Below, piece by piece: positions 39,250 to 47,520 of a stretch of DNA of 53,287 bases (position 1 is the stretch's first letter; every line of letters starts with the position of its first letter). Source of the DNA: Ilumatobacteraceae bacterium (GTDB lineage: Bacteria > Actinomycetota > Acidimicrobiia > Acidimicrobiales > Ilumatobacteraceae); NCBI GenBank assembly GCA_031416375.1, contig JANOTN010000098.1, positions 1 to 53,287 of the forward strand, in the 5' to 3' direction. The notes under the pieces are model-generated. The model was given only the letters and a program-made list of their open reading frames with translations, searched no databases and was not told where the DNA came from. The position numbers and the translations under genes are program-made.

Positions 39250-39929
39250 GGAATGGTGGTGGCACCGATTTCGTTGGTGACGTGCGCCGACGCGGTGACC
39301 GCGAGGTCGCGCATGACCGAGGCCATGTGTTCGAACGTGTACGTGCGGGCGGTTTCGGCGTCGCCGGATTCGATGGCGTCGAAGATTCGCTGGTGCTCTT
39401 CCCAGCCGGTCACCCCGCGGGCGTCGGCCAGCATGCTGAACACCAATTCGGTCTTGTGGCGCAGCGGTGCGACGACCGATTCCAGGTATTCGTTGCCCGA
39501 GGCACGCTCGATGGCAATGTGGAATTCTCGGTGCGAGGCCGCTGCGGCCAAAAGATCATTCCTCGCCGAGGCCTTCCGGCCAACGGCGAGACAGTCGCCA
39601 AGGGCCACCAGGTCATCGCTCCGGCGATTCTTCGCCGCCAGTTCTGCGGCGTAGGCCTCGATCACGCTGCGTAGCTCGAGCAGCTGCCGGATCTTCAGTG
39701 GGTCGAGACGACTGACATAGGCACCTCGCCGGGCGATGACCTCGACCAGTCCGGTGCCCTCCAGCGCTCGGATGGCCTCGCGAACCGGGTTGCGCGAGAC
39801 GCCGAGTTGCTCCGCCAATCGATCCTCGAACAGGCGCTCACCTTGCTGAAGCTCGCCTCGCATGATCATGCCGCGAATCTCCTCGGCAGCGACCTCACGA
39901 AGGGTTTGGTGCGATCTGCCGACGGTCAT
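39246..39929 (-). CDS. GntR family regulator (FCD domain), paralog 2
   Basis: [16 protein letters not shown]; HREFH...EH..IFDAI...H; start at ATG 39929 (TATCGT 7 nt upstream). Confidence 0.93.
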   Translation of the reverse strand: MTVGRSHQTLREVAAEEIRGMIMRGELQQGERLFEDRLAEQLGVSRNPVREAIRALEGTGLVEVIARRGAYVSRLDPLKIRQLLELRSVIEAYAAELAAKNRRSDDLVALGDCLAVGRKASARNDLLAAAASHREFHIAIERASGNEYLESVVAPLRHKTELVFSMLADARGVTGWEEHQRIFDAIESGDAETARTYTFEHMASVMRDLAVTASAHVTNEIGATTIP

Positions 39930-40005
39930 GACCTGCACGATACGGCCTTCCTGCCGCTCGCATACGGACTCTCGTCGGGCGAAGCGCAACGCGTGCTAGA
40001 AATAA

Positions 40006-40019
40006 TGCATAATGTATAC
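40006..40019 (+). promoter_or_regulatory. Putative GntR operator 4 (TGCATAATGTATAC), between gntR2 and the TauE gene
   Basis: Matches the consensus; contains a CATAAT -10-like hexamer; GGAGGA SD follows. Confidence 0.75.
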
Positions 40020-40034
40020 ACACTGGAGGAAGCG

Positions 40035-40796
40035 ATGACGGACATCTCTTGGTTGGCGCACCTGGCCGCCGGTTTCGGAGCTGCAGGAGCGGGTCTGGTC
40101 AACGCCGTGGCCGGCGGCGGCACGCTGATCTCGTTCCCCATCCTCACCGCCATCGGAGTCCCGGCCATCCAGGCGAACGCTACCAATACCGTGTCGCTGT
40201 GCCCCGGCTACATCGGCGGTACGTACGCGCAGCGTCGCGATCTCGCCGGCCTGCAGCGTGGGTTGCGACCGCAGCTGGTCGCCGCCGCGATCGGTGGGCT
40301 CGCCGGCGCTGTGCTGCTCATCATGAGCAGCGAAGCCGCGTTCCGTCAGATCGTTCCCTTCCTCATTCTCGGGGCGTGCGCGCTGCTCGCCGTCCAAGAT
40401 TGGCTCAGGGCGTGGTTACAGTCCAGACGTCACGACGGCAAGTCGCATGTGGGCCTCGAGTTGGCGGCGGTCACCGTCGCGTCGGTGTACGGCGGATACT
40501 TCGGCGCCGGCCTCGGCATCATGCTCATGGCCGTGCTCGGGCTGTTTTCGGAACTGCCGTTCAATCGGCTCAATGCGGTGAAGCAATTGCTGTCGTTCCT
40601 GGTCAACATCTCGGCCGCGATGTTCTTGGTCTTCTCCGGCAAGGTGGCGTGGACACTCGTCGTGGTGATGGCGCCGGCAAGCCTGATCGGCGGTCACTTC
40701 GGAGGCCGTGTCGCCAGCGTGTTGCCCCCGAAGAAGATGCGCACCGCAGTGATCATCTTCGGCGTCATCGTCGCCGTCGCCTACCTGCTCAAGTAG
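40035..40796 (+). CDS. TauE/SafE (TSUP) family exporter
   Basis: AGLVNAVAGGGTLISFP, ANATN, YGGYFGAGLGI; about 8 TM. Confidence 0.9.
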   Translation: MTDISWLAHLAAGFGAAGAGLVNAVAGGGTLISFPILTAIGVPAIQANATNTVSLCPGYIGGTYAQRRDLAGLQRGLRPQLVAAAIGGLAGAVLLIMSSEAAFRQIVPFLILGACALLAVQDWLRAWLQSRRHDGKSHVGLELAAVTVASVYGGYFGAGLGIMLMAVLGLFSELPFNRLNAVKQLLSFLVNISAAMFLVFSGKVAWTLVVVMAPASLIGGHFGGRVASVLPPKKMRTAVIIFGVIVAVAYLLK

Positions 40797-40948
40797 CTGG
40801 TACCGGTGCTGCTCCGGGTGTCGGCAGGACGTCAATCGGTGATCGCTGAGCGTGCGAATCATGTCCGTGTCACACAACCGCCGGGCGACCAAACCTGCTC
40901 GAGATCGGTCTTGTCGGGTGTGACGGTGGTCTCGTTACGATGTGGACC

Positions 40949-42649
40949 GTGCCTACGCTTGAGCGGCTCGATGTCCATGCGCTGCGCGATGTCATTACGA
41001 CCTTTCGGAATACGGTCCGCAAACACGCAGATTGGTTGAACCGGCTCAATGTGTATCCGGTGCCGGATGGTGACACCGGCACCAACATGGCTCGCACGCT
41101 TGATGCCGTCGTTGCCGAGATGGAGGGCGCAGCCGCCGAGGATCTTGACGCCACCTGCGATGCGATCTCGCACGGCTCGTTGATGGGTGCCCGCGGCAAC
41201 AGCGGCGTGATTCTGTCGCAAATCCTGCGGGGTCTCGCCAGCACGATGAAGCAGCAGGCTGACGGTACCGGTCACAAGATCGCCGAAGCCCTCACGGCAG
41301 CATCGACGGGTGCCTACCAGGCTGTACTCAAGCCGATCGAGGGAACGATCCTGACCGTCGCTCGCGAAAGCGCCGAGGCGGCCAAGCGTGCGTCTGCCGA
41401 CGGCGGTTCGCTCGTCGATGTACTGCGGGCAGCCCAGAAAGCCGGCAAGCAGGCGCTCGATAACACGCCGGAACTGTTGCCCGTGCTGAAAGACGCCGGC
41501 GTCGTCGACGCTGGCGGCGCCGGCTATCTGCAGCTGCTCGACTCGGCGCTCTACGTAGTCGACGGCACCCCGTTACCAGAAGCGGACGCCGAAAACGGTT
41601 ACGGCGACGGCCCGTCAGGCGTGCAGTTCGACGCCGTGGCCCATCGATCGTCCGGCATCGTTGGTCAACTTGATGTCAGCGAGCAGCGCTACGAGGTGAT
41701 GTACTTCCTCGATCTCGATGATCAACAAATAGGTGCATTCAAGTCAGGTTGGGGTGAAATCGGTGATTCGGTCGTCGTCGTCGGTGGCGATCGATTGTGG
41801 AACTGTCACGTCCACACCAACGACATCGGTGCCGCAGTCGAAATCGCCCTCGATCTGGGAGGTCGCCCGAAGCAGATCCGTGTGACCGACCTCTTCGAGG
41901 AAGTCGCCGAGGAACACGCGCACCGCCAGTCTGCAAGGTCAGGGACCCCGACCGGCATCCCGACCAGGGCAGGGGCGGGCCTGCCAGCAGTGACGACCGC
42001 CGTCGTCGCCGTGTGCAGTGGCGACGGGCTGGCCGAATTGTTCTCGGGGCTGCGGGTCCAGGGCATCGTCTCCGGCGGCCAGACCCTCAACCCGTCAACT
42101 GCCGAGCTGCTCGCAATCGTCGAACTCGTGAATGCAGATCAAGTCGTGATTCTGCCGAATAACAAGAACATCATCCCGGTCGCCGAACAGGTCAATGTGT
42201 TGACCTCGAAGCAGGTCGTCGTCGTACCGACGCGAACCATGCCGGAGGCGCTCGCTGCCCTCATTGTGTACGACCCCGAGGCCTCGGCCGACGAAAATGC
42301 CAGCGAGATGAGCGACGCCGCCGAGTCGGTTGTGACCGGAGAGGTCACGCAGGCGATACGAGACGCCAACAGCGACGCAGGACCGATCACGGCAGGCGAT
42401 TGGATCGGGATCGTCAAGGGCGATGGAATCGTTGCGGTCGCCGGGTCGGCTGCCGGTGCGTCAATTCAGTTGCTCGAACGGATCGTCGACGATGACCACG
42501 AACTGTTGACGATCATCACCGGCACCGAGGCCGACGATGGCACCACCGTGGCTATTCGGGAATGGCTTGCAGCCGACCGAGCCGACGTACAGGTCGAGGT
42601 GCACTACGGCGGGCAGCCGCTGTACCCGTACCTGTTCGGTGTTGAGTGA
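40949..42649 (+). CDS. DAK2 domain fusion protein (YloV/FakA-like)
   Basis: LNVYPVPDGDTGTNM, GARGNSGVILSQ, EGTILTV, VVDAGG, HVHT, GGQTLNPS, ILPNNKNI, GGQPLY. Confidence 0.95.
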   Translation: MPTLERLDVHALRDVITTFRNTVRKHADWLNRLNVYPVPDGDTGTNMARTLDAVVAEMEGAAAEDLDATCDAISHGSLMGARGNSGVILSQILRGLASTMKQQADGTGHKIAEALTAASTGAYQAVLKPIEGTILTVARESAEAAKRASADGGSLVDVLRAAQKAGKQALDNTPELLPVLKDAGVVDAGGAGYLQLLDSALYVVDGTPLPEADAENGYGDGPSGVQFDAVAHRSSGIVGQLDVSEQRYEVMYFLDLDDQQIGAFKSGWGEIGDSVVVVGGDRLWNCHVHTNDIGAAVEIALDLGGRPKQIRVTDLFEEVAEEHAHRQSARSGTPTGIPTRAGAGLPAVTTAVVAVCSGDGLAELFSGLRVQGIVSGGQTLNPSTAELLAIVELVNADQVVILPNNKNIIPVAEQVNVLTSKQVVVVPTRTMPEALAALIVYDPEASADENASEMSDAAESVVTGEVTQAIRDANSDAGPITAGDWIGIVKGDGIVAVAGSAAGASIQLLERIVDDDHELLTIITGTEADDGTTVAIREWLAADRADVQVEVHYGGQPLYPYLFGVE

Positions 42650-42659
42650 CTACAGCGGT

Positions 42660-44792
42660 ATGAGCGAAGGACGTCAGCCAATCACATTGCGCGAGTTGGC
42701 ACGCATCGACGTCGGCCAACTCAAAGGAGTCGGCGAAAAGAAGCGGGCGTCGCTCGCAGTGTTCGAGATCAACACCGTGCTCGACCTCGTCACCACGTAT
42801 CCGCGACGCTGGATCGATCGCACCAACGAGGCCCGGATTGCCGACCTCGTTCCAGGGCAAGAGGCGCTGGTGATCGTGGCGGTGCGAACCGTGACGAAAC
42901 GCACCATGCGAAACCGTCGCACGATGGTCAATGTCAACGTCGGGGACGGGTCTGGTCGCATGGATCTGGTGTTCTTCAACCAGCCATGGCGCCAACGTCA
43001 GCTCACCGAGGGCCTCCAGATCGCGCTCTACGGCAAGGCCGACACATACCGTGGCGGTCTTCAGATGACCAATCCGATTGTCGACCTGATCGGTGACCGC
43101 ACGGGCCGGATCGTGGCGATTTATCCGCAAAGCGAGAAGGCGCAACTCAACACGTGGGAGCTAGCCGGCTGGGTCGAGGAAGCCCTCCGCCGTTGTGCTG
43201 ACCGCGGTCTTGCCGACCCCGTGCCATCCGCTGTGAGGGCGCGGCTCGGCCTGATCGGGCGGGCCGAAGCATTGATGTCGATTCACCTTCCTGACTCGAT
43301 GCGCGAGAAGGAGGCGGCACGCCGTCGGCTCGCGTTCGACGAGTTGTTACGAGTGCAACTCGTGCTGGTCATGCGCAAACGTGAGCTGGAACGGACATCG
43401 CGTGGGCTGTCGCACACCATTCACGGCGAGCTGGTCCGTCGGTTCCACGAAGCGTTGCCGTATCCGTTGACAACGGCGCAGCTGAGGGTCATCGCCGAGA
43501 TCGAATCCGACCTGGCTGCTCCGAACCCGATGCACCGCCTACTGCAGGGCGACGTAGGTGCGGGCAAGACGGTGGTCGCCGTGTCGACATTGCTGGCCGC
43601 TGTGCAGGGCGGACATCAGGGGGCGCTGATGGCACCAACCGAGGTCCTTGCCGAACAGCACGCCACCCTTGTGCGGGCGCTGCTCGGCGACTTGCGCGTG
43701 CCTGACCCCGACAACCTGTTCGGAGATCGACCACTTCGGGTCGAACTGCTCACCAATCGAATCACCGGCTCTGACCGTCGCGATGTACTGGCTGGCCTGG
43801 CCGACGGAACCGTCGACATCGCAATCGGTACACACGCCCTGATCCAAGAAGCAGTGGCGTTCAAGAGTCTTGGTGCTGTCGTCGTCGATGAGCAGCATCG
43901 GTTCGGTGTCGAGCAGCGCGCTGCGTTGCGTGACAAATCGTCGGGTGCCGTGCCTGATGTGCTCGTGATGACGGCCACGCCGATCCCGAGGACGGCGGCG
44001 ATGACGGTCTACGGCGATCTCGACGTGAGCGTGCTCGACGAGTTGCCGCCGGGACGCACCCCGATCACGACGAAGTGGGCCAACGGTGCGCTGTTCGAAG
44101 TCGAAGTCTGGGCTGACGTTCGTCACGAGGTCTCGGAAGGGCGTCAGGCCTATGTCGTCTGCCCGCTGATCGAGGAGAGCGAGAAACTCGAGGTCGCCTC
44201 AGCCGAGGAGACACTCGAACGACTGACTCACGGCGAACTGCGTGGCCTTCGGATGGGCGTTCTGCACGGTCGCTTGGTGCCCGCCGAGAAACAGGCCACG
44301 ATGGACCGCTTCCGCACCGGCGAGATCGACGTACTCGTCGCCACCACGGTGATCGAAGTCGGGGTCGATGTCCCCAACGCGACAATCATGGCGATCCTCG
44401 ACGCCGACCGGTTCGGTATCGCCCAACTCCATCAGTTACGCGGCCGCGTCGGCCGTGGGAAGCACGCCTCGACGTGCTGGCTCGTCACCCAGGAATCCGA
44501 GGAGGGCAACCCACGCGTCGAAGCCCTAGTCGCCACCACCGACGGCTTCGAACTCGCCGAAGTCGACCTCGACCTGCGAGGTGAAGGCACGCTGATGTCA
44601 ACAAGCCAGAAGGGCCGCAGTGATCTGAAGTTGGCATCCCTACGGAGGGACCGCGAGTTAGTGCGACTCGCCAGAGACGCCGCATTCGAAATCGTCGACG
44701 CCGACCTCGACCTGTCGACGAACCCGGTCCTGAAAGACGAACTCAACCTGCTCTTCACCGAGCAGGATGAAGGCTTCCTCACCAAGAGCTAA
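42660..44792 (+). CDS. recG: ATP-dependent DNA helicase RecG
   Basis: LLQGDVGAGKT, VDEQHRFG, MTATPIPRT, QLHQLRGRVGRG, DGFELAE.DL.LRG. Confidence 0.97.
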   Translation: MSEGRQPITLRELARIDVGQLKGVGEKKRASLAVFEINTVLDLVTTYPRRWIDRTNEARIADLVPGQEALVIVAVRTVTKRTMRNRRTMVNVNVGDGSGRMDLVFFNQPWRQRQLTEGLQIALYGKADTYRGGLQMTNPIVDLIGDRTGRIVAIYPQSEKAQLNTWELAGWVEEALRRCADRGLADPVPSAVRARLGLIGRAEALMSIHLPDSMREKEAARRRLAFDELLRVQLVLVMRKRELERTSRGLSHTIHGELVRRFHEALPYPLTTAQLRVIAEIESDLAAPNPMHRLLQGDVGAGKTVVAVSTLLAAVQGGHQGALMAPTEVLAEQHATLVRALLGDLRVPDPDNLFGDRPLRVELLTNRITGSDRRDVLAGLADGTVDIAIGTHALIQEAVAFKSLGAVVVDEQHRFGVEQRAALRDKSSGAVPDVLVMTATPIPRTAAMTVYGDLDVSVLDELPPGRTPITTKWANGALFEVEVWADVRHEVSEGRQAYVVCPLIEESEKLEVASAEETLERLTHGELRGLRMGVLHGRLVPAEKQATMDRFRTGEIDVLVATTVIEVGVDVPNATIMAILDADRFGIAQLHQLRGRVGRGKHASTCWLVTQESEEGNPRVEALVATTDGFELAEVDLDLRGEGTLMSTSQKGRSDLKLASLRRDRELVRLARDAAFEIVDADLDLSTNPVLKDELNLLFTEQDEGFLTKS

Positions 44793-44804
44793 CGAACACC
44801 AAAA

Positions 44805-44978
44805 TCAGTCGTCGTAGTCGTCGTCTTCGAGCACGATGTCCCACCGGTCGAGGCAGTCCTCACAACGGTAGGCGACGATGTCGCCCGCGTACCAGATGCC
44901 GTCCTCACGAGGTCGGGTGAGCAGGAACGCCCGCGAACCGCAATCGATGCACGTGATTTGCGGGTACGGCTCTAGCAC
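44805..44978 (-). CDS. Small zinc-ribbon-like protein (57 aa, CxxC...CxxC, acidic tail)
   Basis: Manual translation: MLEPYPQITCIDCGSRAFLLTRPREDGIWYAGDIVAYRCEDCLDRWDIVLEDDDYDD. Fills the recG-rsmD gap; CATACT lies 7 nt upstream of the GTG. Confidence 0.75.
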   Translation of the reverse strand: MLEPYPQITCIDCGSRAFLLTRPREDGIWYAGDIVAYRCEDCLDRWDIVLEDDDYDD

Positions 44979-45010
44979 GCCTGCCAGTATGCACCCGTAG
45001 TCTTGGGCGC

Positions 45011-45565
45011 ATGCGTGTAGTGGCCGGCGAGTTGAGAGGACGACGAATCGAAGCCCCGCCGGGAACCGACACGCGCCCCACGACCGACATGGTTCGTGAA
45101 GCCGTGTTCAACGCCCTCGGCAGCCTCGACCTACTCCATGACGCCGCCGTGGCTGACCTGTTCGCCGGTACCGGAGCGCTCGGAATCGAAGCGATCTCGC
45201 GTGGAGCCGCTCACTGCACCTTCATCGAGCGTGATCGCACAGCGTTACGGGCACTGAAAGCCAACATCGATCACCTTGGGATCGAAGACCGTACTCGCGC
45301 GATGCCAGGGGATGCGCTCGTGCTCGCCAGGGGACTCAACGTTGACATCGTATTCGCCGATCCGCCCTACCAGTTCGATCAATGGGCTGAGCTGCTGGCA
45401 GCCGTCAGTGCCCCGTTCGTCGTCGCCGAATCGGGTCATGCTCTGGCACCGATCGATGGCTGGGCGATCACCCGTTCCAAACGGTACGGGCGCTCCTGGT
45501 TGACGTTCTTCGAACGCATCGACGTTACCGACGAGCCAAGCGCGGTACCGTGTGAGGACCCATGA
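45011..45565 (+). CDS. rsmD: 16S rRNA m2G966 methyltransferase
   Basis: MRVVAG...TRPT.D.VREAVFN, DLFAGTGALGIEAISRGA, ADPPY. Confidence 0.93.
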   Translation: MRVVAGELRGRRIEAPPGTDTRPTTDMVREAVFNALGSLDLLHDAAVADLFAGTGALGIEAISRGAAHCTFIERDRTALRALKANIDHLGIEDRTRAMPGDALVLARGLNVDIVFADPPYQFDQWAELLAAVSAPFVVAESGHALAPIDGWAITRSKRYGRSWLTFFERIDVTDEPSAVPCEDP

Positions 45566-46062
45566 CAACGGTGCTGATTCCCGGCAGTTTTGACCCACTC
45601 CACCTGGGTCATATCGACATTGTCGATCAAGCCATCGAACTGTTCGGCAATGTCGTGCTCGGTGTGCTCCACAACCCCGAAAAACCGTCCGGCGTGTTCA
45701 CGCCTGACGAGCGGGTCGAACTCGCTCAGGCCAGTCTCGCCGATCGGCCGACTGTGTCGGTACGCACCTTCACCGGACTCGCTGTACAAGCAGCCGCCGA
45801 GATCGGCGCTGACTTCATCGTGAAAGGCCTGCGATCGACGGCCGACTTCGATATCGAGCAGCAGATGGCGCACAACAACTACTCGGTCACGGGTATCCGT
45901 ACGGTGTTTGTGCCGTGCCGCCCCGACCTTGGCTACATCTCCAGCAGGTTTGTTCGTGAGATCGCCGCCCACGGTGGCACGATTGACCATCTCGTCCCCG
46001 CGCCGGTAGCCGTGGCACTCGCCGGTAGATTCGCCGGCGCACACAGTCAGAAGGTCCTATGA
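45562..46062 (+). CDS. coaD: Pantetheine-phosphate adenylyltransferase
   Basis: PGSFDP.H.GH, VKGLR...DF..E.QMA, ISSRFVRE. Confidence 0.95.
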   Translation: MTTVLIPGSFDPLHLGHIDIVDQAIELFGNVVLGVLHNPEKPSGVFTPDERVELAQASLADRPTVSVRTFTGLAVQAAAEIGADFIVKGLRSTADFDIEQQMAHNNYSVTGIRTVFVPCRPDLGYISSRFVREIAAHGGTIDHLVPAPVAVALAGRFAGAHSQKVL

Positions 46063-46649
46063 ACTACGACGACGAATACGACGAGATCGATGACGAATAT
46101 CCGAACCCTGCCGATTCGTCGCGTCATGTCGGTGACGCTGAGAGTTTCCTACGGCGGGCGATCGACATCATCGCCACCGCACCTACGATGCCGTTGTCAT
46201 CGTCGCCGCGTATCGACCGCGACGAGGTCATCGAACTGCTCGAGGAGTCGCTGAGTCGGCTGCCTGAGGAGTTGCGGCAGGCGCGCTGGATGCTGAAGGA
46301 ACGCCAGGAATTCGTCGCCAAGACGCGACGCGAATCGAACGAAATGTTGGAGGCCGCCCGGGTGCAGGCCGAGCGGATGGTGCAGCGGACCGAGGTCGTG
46401 CGTGCCGCTGAACAGCGCGCCCGACAGGTTGTCGATACCGCCGACACCGATTCGCGTCGGCTCAAACTGGAGACCGAGGACTTCCTCGACCAGCGTCTCG
46501 CCAGTTTCGAAATTCTGATCGACAAGCTGTCGAAGACAGTCGCAGCCGGACGCCACAAGCTGTCGATCGGCAATGCCGACGGCTCACTGCAAGTCATTGA
46601 CGAATTAGAGGACGACCCCACCAAGGGGTTCTTCGACCAGGATCGCTGA
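46059..46649 (+). CDS. Coiled-coil SepIVA/DivIVA-like protein
   Basis: A.TMPLSSS..IDRDE...LPEELRQARWML; conserved position between coaD and DUF177. Confidence 0.7.
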   Translation: MNYDDEYDEIDDEYPNPADSSRHVGDAESFLRRAIDIIATAPTMPLSSSPRIDRDEVIELLEESLSRLPEELRQARWMLKERQEFVAKTRRESNEMLEAARVQAERMVQRTEVVRAAEQRARQVVDTADTDSRRLKLETEDFLDQRLASFEILIDKLSKTVAAGRHKLSIGNADGSLQVIDELEDDPTKGFFDQDR

Positions 46650-46651
46650 CG

Positions 46652-47167
46652 ATGGTGCCTCATCCGGCTCACGTGCTGCGAGTCAACGCGTCAGAGCTGC
46701 TCCGAATGCCTGGCAGCCGACGCGACGTCGACGTCGAACTCGACGCAAGCGATCTCGGGATCGACGACAGCCGGATCACTGGAGTGACCCGAGTGCGGGT
46801 GACGGCGACTTCCAGTATCGACGGCATCGTTGTGCAGGGCCTGATCGAAACGCCGTGGCAGACGCCATGTCGGCGCTGTCTTACCGACGCAAGTGGTGTG
46901 ATCGCCGTTGATGTTGACGAGATGTACCAGCGAGAAGTCACCGACGACGAGGCGTTCGAGATCGTCGGCGATCAAATCGACATGGCTCCAGCGGTTCGTG
47001 AATACATCATGATCGAGTTACCCGATGGCCCGCTGTGTCGGCCGGGCTGTGCAGGAATCTGCCCAACCTGTGGCAATGACCGCAACCTCGAACCGTGCAC
47101 CTGCGACAACACCGTCACCGACCACCGCTGGGCGGCCCTCGACGAACTCCGACTAGACGATCAATGA
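46652..47167 (+). CDS. YceD/DUF177 family protein
   Basis: CRRCL, PLCRPGCAGICPTCG, D.RWAAL; upstream of rpmF. Confidence 0.92.
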   Translation: MVPHPAHVLRVNASELLRMPGSRRDVDVELDASDLGIDDSRITGVTRVRVTATSSIDGIVVQGLIETPWQTPCRRCLTDASGVIAVDVDEMYQREVTDDEAFEIVGDQIDMAPAVREYIMIELPDGPLCRPGCAGICPTCGNDRNLEPCTCDNTVTDHRWAALDELRLDDQ

Positions 47168-47206
47168 TGGTAGGGACTGGCCTGTAATTATGGTCGGGAC
47201 TGGCCT
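47167..47206 (+). repeat. Intergenic 17-bp direct repeat ATGGT(A/C)GGGACTGGCCT x2
   Basis: 47167-47183 and 47190-47206, 16/17 identical. Confidence 0.8.
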
Positions 47207-47327
47207 CCGCTTCGCTTTGGCTGCTCCCTCCGTCGGTGTGGGTAGTTCTATTGGGTTGGCCCGCTAGCCTGTCTCAGCCTGTCCGTGCACAGCACGGGAC
47301 CCGTATCTTGAGTGTTGGAGACCCGAA

Positions 47328-47507
47328 GTGGCCGTTCCGAAGAAGAAAAAGTCCAAGTCGAAGACTCGCAGCCACCGTGCGAGCGCGTGGAAGCTGACCG
47401 CCCCGCCCCGCAGCACCTGCCCGCGCTGCGGCAACGCCAAGACCCCGCACACGGTTTGCGCGTCGTGCGGCTGGTACAAAAACCGCGTCGCCATCGAAGT
47501 CCGCTGA
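47328..47507 (+). CDS. rpmF: 50S ribosomal protein L32 (C+ form)
   Basis: Manual translation: MAVPKKKKSKSKTRSHRASAWKLTAPPRSTCPRCGNAKTPHTVCASCGWYKNRVAIEVR; GGAG SD; missed by the ORF track. Confidence 0.97.
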   Translation: MAVPKKKKSKSKTRSHRASAWKLTAPPRSTCPRCGNAKTPHTVCASCGWYKNRVAIEVR

Positions 47508-47520
47508 GGCACTGACAACC

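Larger units (their letters stand above)
21600..40860. other. Accessory island (~19 kb) between rpmB and the DAK2-recG block; boundaries approximate
   Basis: Interrupts rpmB/DAK2-recG synteny typical of Actinobacteria; HNH element remnant at the left edge; appears more GC-rich; no integrase or att repeat seen. Confidence 0.65.

Noticed and set aside
21560-40940. Prophage, ICE or transposon interpretation of the island
   Set aside because: No integrase, transposase, phage or conjugation genes, and no att or target-site duplication found by eye
47167-47206. Mini-CRISPR interpretation of the direct repeat
   Set aside because: Only two 17-nt units with a 6-nt gap; no cas genes
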